A stretch of 64,000 nucleotides of DNA from Eledone cirrhosa (GCA_964016885.1 OZ024749.1:49662001-49726000); one strand, 5' to 3'. Shown: positions 27,766-43,674, counted from the stretch's first letter. Notes: generated by a model from the letters alone, not told the origin. Translations and numbers: made by a program.

Positions 27766-28498
27766 TATTTTCCTTAGTTACGTTCTTTTCCTGTCTTGGT
27801 CCTATAATGTTTCCTTTATTTTTCTTATGTTCTCACCTCTCTTTATCCTTCAATTATTATGTACTTTCTTTTCCCATTCCTTCTACGTTTAAGTTTATTT
27901 ATTTCCACATATCATTTCCCTTGTTCATCCTTTTATTCCTTTTCTTGTTGTCTTTCAATTTATCTTCCTTTAATTTTTCTTCACCTGTTCTACTCCATTT
28001 CTCTTCTTTCTCATTCAGATAATATTCTTATACTATTCCACCTTCATATAAACTTACTATATTCATTTCCTACTCTGTTGTGTCTATTTATTTTAGTCCT
28101 TAATTTTACTGAACCTACTCTACTTTGTATGAGTTTCCATCTTTATAACAGTTCCATAAAATAAAGTTCAAGTGCAATTTGATGGCGTGACTTAATTCTT
28201 AGTGGATAGAATGATTTCCGTAATTTGTCCCAGTTTTCGCAACTTGGATTCGGAAATAATTTTTGTGGTAGGTATATTATTCTGGCTGGTGTCAAACCAG
28301 CATATGATTCTTGCAAGCAGAGTCGGGTCTCGGGTTTGACATTACCCGCAAATCTGCTTGCCATCAATCTCGAAGACACTGAAGACGGCAATGAGAAAAG
28401 TCTGCTCTTCCATTATGAGGTGGTTGAAATATGGTGGCATTAACGCACACACACGTATGTAGTGATATACAATAACATAATCACATACGTGTACGTGT

Positions 28499-28595
<97 letters not shown>

Positions 28596-30699
28596 CAGAA
28601 TACAAAATTACAGAAATCAACTATATATAAACGCTTCCATGTTAAAAGATTTCATAGGAAAAAACATTTAGAGCTTACAATAAATATTATATGAGAAAAT
28701 CACCAGAAATATTTTCTGATGTTAGTACACCACCTCCACTGTAACCAACTGCCGTCGATTTGGGAAAGCTCAACGACCGTTTGCACAATCAATGTGGCAT
28801 AAAACAAAATAAAATGTGAAATCTACCGAGGACTATTTCTTCTGTAATGTGGTAAGATTTCTAAAGTTTCGACGAGAGAGTTTATAAAACTTAAGAGCTG
28901 TCATCTATAACAACGACTATCCGCAATGAATAATTAGTGGTGAAAATGCCTCTGTAAAGAAAAGGTAATATAGCTGCTAAATATTACTAATATTTCTCTC
29001 ATCATGCTGGAGCTGCAAATATTCACTTATTTAATCAATTTAAACATCCATAAACAGCTTGTCACCCTATTGATGAAATAATGTCTACAGGTATAAAAGT
29101 GTATATGATACCTGCCAGGTGCAAGTGTCCTCTTTATTATGGCAGTTTAGTATGTTTTCTCACTATCAGTGTAACCTTCTGTATCCCTGATCAGTGCCAC
29201 CCCACTAAATCGCAACACAACTCCTCATTGCTACTTAGTAAGTGTTCTTCCCCTCATTTTCCTCCCTTTTTGTCAATATCAAACACATCCTGCATCTTTC
29301 CAACTGAATTCCCTTGTCATAAAGGTTATAAAAAGGTCAACACTATCTTAATGGAGATGAAAATCGATTACATCGATGACAGTGTTTGACTAGTTCTATA
29401 TTTTGTAGAACCATGAAATCTGAAATGGCAACGTTAATGAATGTGGGATATGAAGAGGAGGGTTAAACTGATAAGAAACGAAGGAATCGAGATTGTAACG
29501 GGTGAGATGCTATAGGGGACCAATATTAAAATTTAAAAAAATGTCCTGCTTAGTCATTGACATTACGGTACCGTAAGAAATATGTCATCAAAAGAATATT
29601 TAAACATTGAAATATATAATGAGCTATAAATTCAGATAAACAGAATGTGGAACCTAAATTATTCTGGTTGTGATAAGAGCTTTTAAATTCAGAACTAAAC
29701 ATTTTCAAACATTTCTAGAAAACCTAGCATCTATGCAATTCAAAATAACATTTTAACAAGTACCACCGACATATTTCATAAATGTTCGCATCTGCAATAG
29801 GTATCAATATACAATATTTTCTGTAACTTTTTTGGTAAGATTTATTGATATTTTATACCATTCAATTAACACGATTTCAGAATAGTGTAGCCGAAAAAGT
29901 AAAAGGCTTTGTCCGAATGTTCTATATTCATTATACTCACGGTGATAACCATATTTACTCACATGAGAAAAATGAACGTGATCTTGTATATTTCATTAGA
30001 TCTGAACTACAAAATTAGCCAAACATATCACTAAACCAATCTGACAATATATAAAAATAAAAGCTCAAGGAATTATACACTTCTTTGCTAAGTAAAAAAT
30101 GAAAATTATTTTGTTTTATATTTGATTGCTAGACATAAATATAGTATGTAAATACAATAAGACACGTGTAAAAATAACGCTGAAGTGACCTACGAGACAA
30201 AGCTAAACAAATCGAACCAATTTAATATAAAGCCAATGCTATTTAAAAAGAGTTCAACTATATCCATTAATAAGTCGAACAATAATTGAACACAATGCCC
30301 AGAGGGACAAGATGTAATGACTGTCATAGCGAGCGTCTAATAAAATCTATGCTAGGGTATTAATATTACACGTGCTTAAGGGTTGATGTCTTCTAAAGTG
30401 TTTAAATCCAAAAAAATAACCAGTCTGATACTACACTATTCCAACGAATAAAAAAAAAATTATATTCAGCCATAAAATTATACATTCAAACAACGAAGCA
30501 TAAAAAAATGTATAATAATATATAATTTACCTCATCAATATATCCAATATATATTTATATATACACACAATCACACATCCATACTTACAGACACATACAC
30601 ACGTGTGTGTATGTGTGTGTGTGTCTGTCTGTTTGTGTGTGTGTGTGTAAATGGAGTGAACAGATATTTAATAATTTAACAGCTTATATAAAATGAACT

Positions 30700-32821
30700 C
30701 ACAAGATATGAAAGAAGAACACGGTACTACAACAGAACAAAACTAGGCTACAAAAACTTCAGATTATATATACGAACGCCACAGCATCCTCCAATCGACG
30801 TACAACTAAATGCTCAGTCACGAAGAAATTACTCTTCCAACCACATTTTTAACATAAAGGCATATAAATGTGTTTAAGTGTTACACTATAATAAATATTG
30901 AATATGGTAGAACAGAAACATTACCGAAAAGAAGAGACCGACATTGGTGAAACTTAAACTAACCAATAAACGTAGATAATCGAGAAACGTGTATGTAGCC
31001 GCATAAAGAAACCATGATATAACGTGTAATTGTAACATGCAACAGCAAGAAATTATGTCCACGAAATCGAAACATCGAAATATGAATAGATTGAAATATC
31101 GGGTGTATTTAGAAACTGCAAACGTACTGTGTGACATTACCTATTCAGTAGCCATGGTAATTTGAAGGGAATTAAAGCTTGATATTAATAGCACCAGATA
31201 CCCGATCTCTTTTCTATGTAAACCTAACTAAAGAATCAAAGAAAAGTATATGCACTCATAAACAACAACATAAAAAGAAAATATACATATTTACGAATCT
31301 AATACAACGAATTAACATAATCACGTTGAGATTATAAAATAGTATATCAATATAGAAAAGCATATTTGCAGCGAAAGAATTGCTTAAAACTATCATACTA
31401 TCAAAGGAATACAGAATATTACGCTTGGAAAAGAGAAAGCACTTCTTAAGGAAGAATTGGTGTTTCAATCAAACATTGAAATAGTTTACACAGACATCCG
31501 TTTCAACAAAAGGCACCGAATGACCAGCAACTTATGTTAAACCATACAGGGTCATTCAGCAAAAACAAAAACGTACATAAGTATAAACAAAATCGAATAA
31601 AACCATACTGATCAAAGAATTTATCCGGAACGATAGAGGCGTCAATGAACTGGAACGCCTCGGGAAACGAAAACGTCAGCAATATCTGATTTTTAACCAA
31701 AACAATATTCATGAATCTGCGGGAAGAACATTCGTGAATTGTTAAAAGATGGAAAATATATATTGATTTCGCAAGACAAAACACTGGATAAATCTACATC
31801 TACACGCTTTTAAGTTTATTGCAAATAGAAAGCAGTTCACATATATTTTTACAATATAACTGGTTAGGTATTCAGCAGGAAATCAATAAATTCCCAATAA
31901 TTGCAGATAGGGGTTGAGAAAATACCATGTGGCTGTAAATCTATGTTCCTTACGAGGGAACATTTGTCGAAGTTCGACATGGAACTCAGAATAATAAAGA
32001 TCGTTTCTGATAAATCAATGGAAACATTACCGTTCACGACGGCATAAGAGAAACTGTATGAAACAAGCAAGTCCAATGCTAAAACCGGTTGGTAACGGCA
32101 GGGCAAAGTGTAGATTATTAAATCCGGAAAAATATCTATCGGAATATAGATTTTAGTTGTCGCATTTCATCTGCCAAACATTAATATATTTTCAGAGGCT
32201 AACGCTGCATGGCGAAACTATAATATGGGCAAATTATAATAGGTTTTAGAACGATTGATAAGGTGTCATACAAAGTTGGACAAACTAGCAAATGAAATAT
32301 ACTACGTTACAATAATCAATGTGGCAAAACCCTTGTAAGAAAAGACTAATGAATTAAATTAAGAATAGTAACTTAAACTAAATCACTGAAGTAAGAGAAT
32401 AGTATGAGAAAGAAGAAAAATCTGACTACATATACACATATTAATGAGTATATGAGACTGATATATTACAACACAGAAATGAAAGGTATCATGACATTTC
32501 TAGAACAGGATAATTCGATTGATATTAAAAGCAACTCAATAATTGCAACAAAGGAATATGTATGAACGCACTAGTTTAATTTCTATCTTCAGCTTCAATA
32601 TAACACATAGAAAGTTATGAGAATTACAGATGAAAATGAGAACACATCTTTCCAAAGCCGATATAGATAGGCAAATTTCACAACGCGTAAAGGTTAGAAG
32701 TTATTTGATATACATCGAACACTATTCTAAATTATATCCTTCGATATAAAATATACACCGAAGTAACTCAAGGGAAAAGAATTAGAGTATTAGTATTAGG
32801 GTAAACAAAACCGAGGGTTTG

Positions 32822-32867
<46 letters not shown>

Positions 32868-33330
32868 AAAACAAGTTTATACCAACAAGAATTATCTACA
32901 CTGAAAACATACTAAGAAAATAACAAAAGTAAATTGCAGAATATATTTAGATAAAGAAGGAAATACAATAAGATGTATAACCTTTACGGTTGTACAAATA
33001 AAGTCAAACAAAAAACAACGAAAATAATGCTACACCTTGACCAATATCCTGCTATATATGGCATCCAGGAAATAAGTCAGCATGCACACCTAGTCAAGAT
33101 TTGGACTAAAAGTAGAAACGGATGATCTGGTTTTAGAAGTACAAATCAATGTCTAGTCAGAAGGAAAGTTGTAAAAATATCACGAAGGGAGCATCACGTG
33201 CATACTGAAATTAATAGAACAAAACAATTAAAAATAGTATCTCCTGCTTCATTGTAACGTCAAATTATATACAGAAATATACCGATATTGGCAGCTATCC
33301 TCATTGAGAAATATCCCGATATGTCTATGG
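30700..33330 (+). mobile_element. Highly decayed R4/Dong-like LINE
   Basis: A-rich sense strand with residual motifs, e.g. GLKVETDDLVLEVQ(D)QCL at about 33103-33155 (cf. GLK.ETEG.I.AAQDQ.L). Interrupted by (TA)n at about 32825. Boundaries are approximate. Confidence 0.45.
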
Positions 33331-34282
33331 ATGAGAAAACAAATCAGTATTTGTGTAGATATATGCCAGACAGGGGTTTTCACGAAAAGAAAAAAAACAT
33401 CCACTATAGTATTCTAAGGCATACAAATCCATACTGATAAGAAGAGTAATAATCGCTGAGAAACTGTTGGTATGCTCGATCCTTGAGCTGCCATTTATCT
33501 CCGACAACACTGGACAGAGTGCATTTAAATTAAGGATGGGTGTAACTAGGGTAAAACCATAAATCTGGTGTGTGGAGGTACAAAGGTACAAATTCATAAC
33601 CTTCCTTTACTTCGATACCTTTCCCTTTTTTCTTTCAGCTTTCTTTATTGCAAGTATTATATATAGTAATAAAACATGTTGAATATATTGTTAGATCGCT
33701 CAAATAAAATTATTAACGATAATTGATGTTGCCTTAAGGAGACCTTTAGAACAAATTAGGTCTCAGTAAGTTAAGAAAATTAGAGTAGGGGTTCGTATGA
33801 TGATGTGACTGTTATTTCTATTACAATATGAACAGATTTGTATGTCGTAGGGATTTCCATGGTAATGTTACAATTTTCTGTTCATAACAAAATATTCGTT
33901 CTAGTTTCACACAGGGTCACACAATGCTGCAAGATTCTCAAAGAGTCAAGAGGCATAACATGTCAGGTGAGTAGGGCAATGTTTCTTCATCAGTAATAGA
34001 ATAAATGTCAATAATGCAAGTAATATTGAAAGTAGGATTCGTAGCCACCACCTGTCACATCAAATTTATTTGAATATAGGTCGGAAAGTGTCGCGTCATC
34101 ACACTTTGATTGAGCGAACTGACAAGTAACTATAGTTATAAGATATGAGTGGCAGGTTGCGCTCTCAGGCATGCAACATTGTATTCCCCACATTATATAT
34201 ATATATATATAAACACATAAATACACACTAAAGCGCATACACATATACTGACACATATTTACCAATTTGTAAGTACATATAC

Positions 34283-34298
<16 letters not shown>

Positions 34299-34318
<20 letters not shown>

Positions 34319-34325
34319 GGAGAGA

Positions 34326-34407
<82 letters not shown>
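34299..34407. repeat. (GA)n microsatellite
   Basis: Direct reading; similar (CT)n at 28502-28569 and (TG)n at 36883-36968. Confidence 0.95.
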
Positions 34408-34409
<2 letters not shown>

Positions 34410-35974
34410 CGCATACATTTATATATATACATCCATGTATACATAGACACACATATGTGTGTGTATGTGTAAGTTTAAGCAGATCTGCTTATAGTATTAA
34501 TATATAAAGGATGACAAAAATAAAATGTTATGATGGTGGTGATGAAGATTTTTGAAAAGAAAAAGAAACAAAAAGAAAAACAAAAGAATAAACGAAGAAA
34601 AACAAGAACAGCAAGTAGAAGATGATGATGATGATGATGATGATAATGACGTATAGGTAAAACCAAAACAATAAGAGATAAACATACATCATGGTGGGGA
34701 AACTCCAACATTCACTCAATTGTTGACGATGTCAAAACAATTTTCATTAACCCTGTTCTCTTTCTATCTGTTCTAGTAATTGTTTTTTCGATTATATTGT
34801 ATTACAATTTTATAGATTCTGAACTTATTATAACTTAAGCGCTAATTGCCTAAAGACCCCGTTCCATATTCTTTTACATTCTTAATCTTAGAGTCCATGG
34901 TATTACATTTTATATATAGCTTCAATAATTTCATAAATTCAAATGTATCTAGACAACATTCATTAGCTGTTTTATAATCGAATTGCTCATGTATTTTTTT
35001 TTTGTTCTTTTCTAAATTACGCGTATATATCAATATATAGGTTTTCGAGAGTTACAAGGCTTACTTGGAAATATTTTTTCAGCATCACACCTCTTATATT
35101 GGGTTCGCATTTAATTTCAATATTAATGTCATCAACCAAACCAAACTGTTATTAATTTAATAATATGATTGCTTTCCAAATTACATATTGCAATTAGGAA
35201 TGACAAGAATTATACGCATATAGATTTTATTAAGTTGTGGCTAAAACTCCTTTTTTGTAATGTGTTCGAGCTAGATTTTAAACGTATTTTCTCCTTACTT
35301 TATCGAAATCAAGTGTGCTTTCTAACAGTTCTAGATACATTCATTTAAACTTGAAGTTTTTGAAATAAATATGTAATATTTTTTCTCCAAATATAAAAAT
35401 ATTTATAGACATTTTACCAAAACATTTTTACTTCTGATTTGAATTACCATATTTCTAGAGCTGTAATTAATAATATATGTTCCTATCGTGAACTCACTTG
35501 TTTTCCCTATATAGAGACTTAGTAATTTAGGAATGTAGGCAGTACTATTATAAGTTTTACAATGATATTATACAAAATGAAACATCGCCTTCTTCTTTCA
35601 TGGGATTATTTCTCATTTCGTTATCTTTCCTAGCTTCTGATGAAACATTGATTCCGAATTTAACTCTTTACTGTAAATGATTTTTCATTCATTACAAATA
35701 TTAATATCAGTGCTACATGTTCCGTGCTCTATTATTTACATGTTAAAATCTCTTTCATAAAGAGAAATTACGCCTAAACATAAGTTCCAAGCAGATTAAA
35801 CAAATACATATGATCGTGCAATGTTTCAACGAAGGGGTAGCACTCAGTTAACAAGTATTAGTAATCTAGTAATCAACATGTATGGAGAGAGAGAGGGAGA
35901 GATAGCTGCATGGAAAGAGAGAGAGAGGTGCATGGAGAGAGAAATTGTATCATTAAGAATAGAGAGGCGTTGCT

Positions 35975-36170
35975 GTGAAGGAACGCGTATTAAGAGTTAA
36001 GGCGTTTCAGATTATGTCCACAATATCATGATTTCGATTCCCGTCACATGTGGCGTGTTATATCAATGAGCATGATACTTTATTTCACGTTTTTCCAATC
36101 CATTCAACTGGCAGAAATGAGTAGAACATGTAATCCAAGTAGCCAAACTTGTCACACAATGCCTCATGCG
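35975..36170 (+). mobile_element. CORE-type SINE (family B, diverged)
   Basis: TTCGATTCCCG..GAGCATGATACTTTATTTCACGTT..CATTCAACTGGCAGAAATGAGTA. Confidence 0.65.
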
Positions 36171-36879
36171 GAATCCTCTCAAAACTCTTCTACGTGCCTG
36201 CGAAATCCTCAGTCAGACAATATTGTTTCAGCAATGTGGTGATAGCGGAGAGCAGGGGACGAGTACATAAACAGGCATTGTGGACTAGAAACACACAAAT
36301 CCCACCCCCGAAAGTGAATAGATATGTTTACATGCGAATGTTTATGAATGTATGTGTGTGTGCAATTACTGCTCTTTCGCGGTAATTGGATGATAATGAA
36401 AGCAAATAAGATACATGGGGGAAATGAGACAGAGAGATATTAATGAATAGATAGATGGATGCAGAGATAAGAGGGAAGATATTAGATAAATGCATAGGGA
36501 AAAAGTGAAATAAATAGATAAATATAGAGATAAAGAGTTAGAGAAAGAAAGATGCAGCTATATGCAGCATGATAAGTAAAAGGAAAATAAAATGAAAATA
36601 AAGTGATGACAAGATAATGAGAAGAGCCGTCATAAAAATGTACGAACAGTTATTGCGCAAAAACTTTATAATGAAAGATTAAAAACACAAGGAGGATGGG
36701 ATACATCATATGAAATTTAAAAAAAACATGAAATGAAAATACCGACACCTAAAGTGAGAAAAAACACACGTAATATATAGAAACGAAAGAAATATTGGTG
36801 TAAATTATATGTAATGTCACACCCACACGAATACACACAAACATCCCCATACAATTATATACGCAGAGCAAACGCACAC

Positions 36880-36971
<92 letters not shown>

Positions 36972-37121
36972 ATGTGTGTGTGTTTATGTTATATATATCT
37001 CTATATGTATACATTTATCTATATACATATATTATATATATATGTATATACATATACATATATACATATATAAGCATATAGATATATATATTTATATGTG
37101 TATGCTTGTATTATATATATA

Positions 37122-37330
37122 TAACGAAGGAAATGTGGTAAGGAACCAGATTTACCATACCGCACCAAAGTACGCAATGTTTGGGTAGTAGAGTGAGTAA
37201 TAGGAACGAGTAGGACCCCGACGGCTGAGCTCAAGCCGTTTCGACGGCTAATTCTGGACTAAAAAGTTTAGTCCAGAATTAGCCGTCGAAACGGCTTGAG
37301 CTCAGCCGTCGGGGTCCTACTCGTTCCTAT
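37122..37330 (-). mobile_element. Asymmetric hairpin element (Penelope-like pLTR remnant), copy 1
   Basis: Perfect 64-bp arms 37200-37263 / 37267-37330 with an AAG loop and a one-sided tail 37122-37199, flanked by (TA)n. Contains GAAAC-GGCT..AGCC-GTC (hammerhead 3' half). Confidence 0.7.
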
Positions 37331-37870
37331 ATATATATATAAAACGTGAGTGAGAAATAGTTTCTGTGTCTGTGTGTCTGTGTACGTATACCTACTCTAT
37401 CTCACTCATTTTCACTCATGTTCCCAGAGATAAATATATAGAGAGAGAAAGAGGGAGACAAATATGTAGAAAGGTAAACCTTGAGACTAAAGTGTTGGAG
37501 ATGAAGTGAAATATTTGGGGAATAATGAAAAACGAACATTTCATTAACGTAAAGCAGAGTGGTAAAACGTGATGGAATAGTTAGCAGCAGACACTAATTC
37601 CCACTAACCCAAATAAATACTAGCACACACGCAATCACGTCAAGAATAATACAACGAAATGGATGTTAAGTTTTATATGATCATGACTATATCTCTTTCT
37701 CTAATTCATTAAATATCTCTCTCCCTCTCTCACAAACTCTCTCTTGCTCTATATTTAACACACACACTATCTATCTCACCCAATCTCTCTATCTATTCTA
37801 CGAACCTTATTTTATATCTTTCTCTAAATCACTCTAACTATCTCTATCGCTCTATATCTACCTCACCCAA

Positions 37871-37982
<112 letters not shown>

Positions 37983-38936
37983 ATTTAGAGCGAGCGAGCG
38001 TTTGAGGGATATATATATATATTATATATATCCCTCAAAATATCTCTCACTCTATGTCTAACACACACTATTTATCTCACAAACTCTCTCTAGCTCTCTC
38101 ATTTACTATCTTTATCTCACTCACTGTGTATCTCTTTACTGTATCTCTCTCTCTCTCTCTCTCTCTCACTCTCTCTCTTTATCTCTCTCTCTCCCTTTCT
38201 CTCTCTCTCTCTCCCTGTCTCTCTCTCTCTCTCTCTCTACCTCTCGATTCAGTCAATTTACATATCTCTCTTCCTCATATATATATATATATATACATGT
38301 ATATATATTTACGGAAATATAACATCGTGTAGTTTAATGATGGGTTATTGATAAGTCAAATACATGAAGATTTAAAGAAACATTCAAAACGTCCCGCATA
38401 TACTTAGAGTATAGACGTTCAATATAAACACGCACATGCATCATACATATAACATACATACATGTGAGTGTTATATATATATATATATACTCACCACACA
38501 CACACACACACACACACTACTACTGCTACTTATTTACTTATTTTACATTCAAATGCTGTGAACGTGTCTATCGAGGAACCTTATATGATTACGTCCCTTT
38601 ATATTCTAATTTCATTTTCTTGTGTATCCACTGTTATAGGTGATACTGTATTATTATATATAAAATAATATAACTTAATACTTTATATTACTTTCGGTAA
38701 CTCGTTTGCAGAAAGTAAATTATTTTACTCTGCGAAACACATACCTTAATATTTTCATTATATCTTAATGGTGTAAGCATTAAATAAGCATCGGAGAACT
38801 ATTGGTGTGTTTATCGTAAATGGTCCCAAGTAAGAAAAGAAAATTATTTATATTTTATATTAAAACATAATTCGTAATAATGGCTTACATTATGATAAAC
38901 ACTTCTCCAGCACGAGGAGCCAACACACAGATATAC

Positions 38937-38970
<34 letters not shown>

Positions 38971-39166
38971 GTTGTGTGTTCACAAATAACTATGTTACAT
39001 GCACCCACACACTCCCGCGATTATATATATATATATAAATATATATATGTATACATATGTTTTATAATTCTTCGGCTCTGTTTAATTACATTGAGCTATA
39101 TCTTATACTGTCATATCTATAATATGAAGAGGCTGTTTAACTCCAACACACTCTAGTATTTTAATT

Positions 39167-39241
<75 letters not shown>

Positions 39242-40917
39242 AGAGAGAGAGAGAGAGATGGTCATGCAGAAAGACAGAAAGCCCGACATACAGACCAATA
39301 TTTATTATATAATTCAAAACAAACAAAAATTCGTTTCAGAAAGAACAACAAATTTTAAGTTATACCATTTGTTTGTTAATAAATTACGAAGTACATATGT
39401 TGCAAAAGTTTTCAGAAAAACACATAAAATCTAATAAACCATCTCCACTCCAGCAAAAAGTGGTTTATTTTCGATTCTCTTATTCTAACTTTATGCTACT
39501 AAACAATGTTCATGAAATGTGAATGTTATATATTCTCAGGTCTTCAATAATCTTCCCCATCTGCTTAAAATGTTTTCAAAATTCTCCAAATCAACCCTAA
39601 ACCCTCGCTTTTATTCCAACCCACCCGCTTATTAATTTTGTTTTACTCCAGCAAAATGTTAAATTTAAGTGCTTCATATCGATAAAGCAACTAGAGAATC
39701 TTATAATAATTTAATATTAAATTTAAAAAAAAATATATATATATAGTATATGACAAAAAAACGAACATTACAAGAAATTCCATATTTACGAGCGTACACT
39801 ATATAATTACCGTGTGCCCATCCTCTCAGTTTATTCAATACCCACACCCAGCTTATACAACCCAACCCCGCGATCATTTGGGAACAGAGTGTATGTGAAT
39901 ATCCCCCTTTTTTTCAGAAGATATATACTTTAAGGTAAATAAGGATTCACTTTTACATAGAACAAGATATATACATTTTAAAATGTATATAATTCAGTTA
40001 TATGGTCAGTGCTAACAATGTTTCTATCATATGTAGTAGAGAGATCAAAGATATTGCGCGTGTTTACGCAAAACTAACTGCTTTATATATGAAATAAAAT
40101 AAAAGAAGACTTTGGATACTTCATATATCTAAGTGAACTTCATAATCTCAATGGGATCTACGCTACAAATATTTAAAGTTTAAATAATATATACATACAC
40201 ACCCACGCGCATATAGTTATATGTACACGTACACATATATATGTGTGAATACGCATATATATATATATATATATATTCGTTCATAAACACATATATACAT
40301 ATAACACAACTAGCTAATCACACTGAGTTCGGATTCTACTTCAAATACTGTATATAATAACTATCACTGTATTGAAAATATTGATATAGGGAATAATGTA
40401 TAACTTTCCTCTCTAAAATATTATGGAAGAGAAGTTATATTGAAGTCATTCGAATCAGTCGGGATTTATACACATCGTTGATATAACTGTGCATGAAATA
40501 CAATCACTAACAGAGGCACAGACACACACAGACGCATATGCGTGCGTGAGACGAGGAACTTGGAAATAGGAAAAGTAAAATGAAAAAAGGGAAAGATATA
40601 TTACATTTATGTTCTAAGTAATTTCAAATTTAAGATGTAAAATACATTGATATAAGTGAATAATCTCGCATTGAAAATACATATTGATACATACGCGAAA
40701 TATCTCTACATCTATATAGACTGCATATATAGACATTATGTAAGTATATATATAGAGATAGATATAGATATAATTATAATATAGGGCTAACCGACGAGGT
40801 ATGTGTCATGGATATATATGTATAAAGCTAAATCAACTGCATACGCTTTCCGATCTGTTTAATACAAAATACAGCCGAAACGGTATGGCGCCGCGGTGAA
40901 GATTTTACATCACTCTG

Positions 40918-40987
<70 letters not shown>

Positions 40988-43674
40988 GGGTAGGTGTTTA
41001 GGTGTTTGAATTGTTATTTGTGTACAAGACAGAATGAGAGACAGATAGAAAGATGGAGTAGTAGATTGGATAAAACAAGAAAGGAGCTGCTTATTAAAAT
41101 TTTGAATTGAATGTGTTATTCGTGGGACTGGTATTCAGTTAATGTAAACCTACTGAATATAGACTGGGGATAAGACTAAAAGAAACTCTCTCAGTTTTTT
41201 CACAAATAAGTGGTGGCTAAATCTTTATTCAGAAACAGTTTATAGAAAGTCTGAAAAGCGATGCTTCAATTGTATTCGTGAATTGCTGTGTAATGTGTTC
41301 TAAATATATATTATTAGTTTCATGAAACATCATGAAACACCCAGGTAGCGTTGGATAATTCTGGTAGTATATATACATCGCAGTTGATATAAAACTACTT
41401 TGTATGGTAGCTTTAACGTTTGCCTGTGTAACAAGGTCAATTTCCGGTTTCTGGAATAACCTTTGACTGAGAGAGCACTGTAACCTTACATCGGGAGCCG
41501 GAGGTCAGAATTAATATGGAAGCAGTTTTCACTTTTCTTTTATCAAATGGAGTGTAGACTTTCAATAGATATTTTCTCGTCAAACAAGATCATTTCCTAT
41601 GCTCCTTGAAACGACAATAATTTGCAACATCTTAATAAATTTCCCTGCAGTAACTAAATCAAATATTTACTTGTAGATTGATGATAACTGGCGGTAATCA
41701 TTTACCATCTTATTGCTTTTAACCTATAGTGGGGAGCATACAAACTAAATAAATTCTAAATGTAGTTGGAGCCACTGGAAGCATGCAATATGCATAATAG
41801 AAATTCTACGTTAAAAAAATGTTCCTAAAGTATGAATCAGTAAATAACCAGATATAGAAACATGATCTTTAATGATGACTCCTGTAGAGGTTCTGTTACC
41901 ATGAACTGAAAACAAAATACACAGTTTATGAGAGGTGGACAAACATATCTACAGTATTTACAACCCTGTCGCAGCATCCGTTACAATTTAGTGTTCGAGA
42001 GGGGGATAAAGTATTAAAATATATAAGTATATATATATTATTATTAGCAACATATCCCGTCATTCGCCAATCTAAGCAAAGAGGCCCTCTATATCCCCGA
42101 AAATGCCTGTCTTTAAATAGCCCCAGAATTCTGCGTTTGAAATTAGGCGTTAATGAATGAAGATTGTGAATCAAAATTTAGCATCTTCTGACATCAATTC
42201 TAGTTTCTATTCTAATCTCATTGAGTTTGTGTTTCTTTACCGACAGAATCGATAATATCAATCTCACTATAATATTTATTTGTTAATACATTGTACCATA
42301 CAGCGTCGAATAAAATGTAACAGCGCTGTTTTTCTCTTTACATTCCGTGTTCAAACCACTCCGAAATAAATCTGCTCTTGTCCTCATTTTTCCCCTCCTT
42401 ACACTAATACGAATGGAACAGTGAAACATGTATACAAAAAATACAGTCCATTTGGTAATACATCGTAATATACAGCATATGTGTATCTTTAATAGAGATA
42501 AAAAGAAAACAAATGAGGGCATGAGCAAATTTATTTCGCGGGGATTTGAACACGGAATGTAAAGAGAACAAACAACAGTTACATTTTATTCGACGCTATT
42601 TATTACAATATTTTATCAAAAGGACTGTATTTTTTGTTTTATATATATGTTTCTGTGTTCAATTCGTTTGAATGGTGAGGTTGCACTCACATATCTTACA
42701 CCGTTATATTAAAATGCTAGTAATAATCTCATATCCATTGAAATGTGTGTAAGTGGAAACAAATTGTTGGCCTAAAGACTAATGAAATATAATTAACAAG
42801 AGACATCCATAGGTTCAATACATCGAAAATAGCATATTCTTTTTAAAATATCTGTACTATCCAAAGGTGAACTCAAAATAATATGATTGTAACTACATAT
42901 TATCTAAGAGTATTGTAGTCTATTATATTCAGGGCAAATGATTTTTCAATACTACCTGTTTGTATTTCCTTTTACGTCTCTTTATCAGGTGTTCTTCTTA
43001 TGCTTACTATTCGGATGGTTATTTACATTCAGAATATATAATATGTATTTGGAATAAATGTAATAATCCCTTCTACTTCTCTACAATTTTCCCGTCAATT
43101 TATTCCCAAGCATAGAGATTCAAATTCGGTAAAATGTAATTTAGTTGTCGCTTCGTTGGGATATGCAGAACCGAAGCTTTCAGTGCGGTAGATGATATGA
43201 AGCAATTTCTCTTAAAGCTTTCATTAAGTGCATATGCATATTTATAGAAAGGTCATATCGTAAAGTAACAGCATTATGTCCGATATATAAATACAGATTT
43301 AGAAAACTCTAAAATATCTAGTGTAATACATTTTACTAGATATGTCTGGGAGAAGGGCCAGAGCTAATCATCCTCCCTCGCCCTCCGAGACTAGGAAGAT
43401 CTGCAGTACAAAACAATATTAAAATACATGAGCTGGGTAAGCATTCTAGAGGGCCAAAGTTCAGGGTGTAATGGTGTGGTCTGTGTTTGATAGGTTAATA
43501 TAGAAGGGTTGGGGAGTGGTTTGAGTGTACCTGGAGTGAGGTTGCATGTGACAAGCAGAATGCATTGTAGAGACAGTAAAATAAGCTTATGTAAAAGAGG
43601 TCATTTATATTTGATAGATTCCAAGCCAAGCAATCAAAGAGTACATCCAAGGCATCACCTTTCTCTATGAAATA

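Noticed and set aside
33975-33995. Other isolated CTGATGA/CTGAAGA heptamers (minus strand here and at about 3590, 51815, 53700; plus strand at 35637)
   Set aside because: No convincing stem II-GAAA-stem III arrangement.
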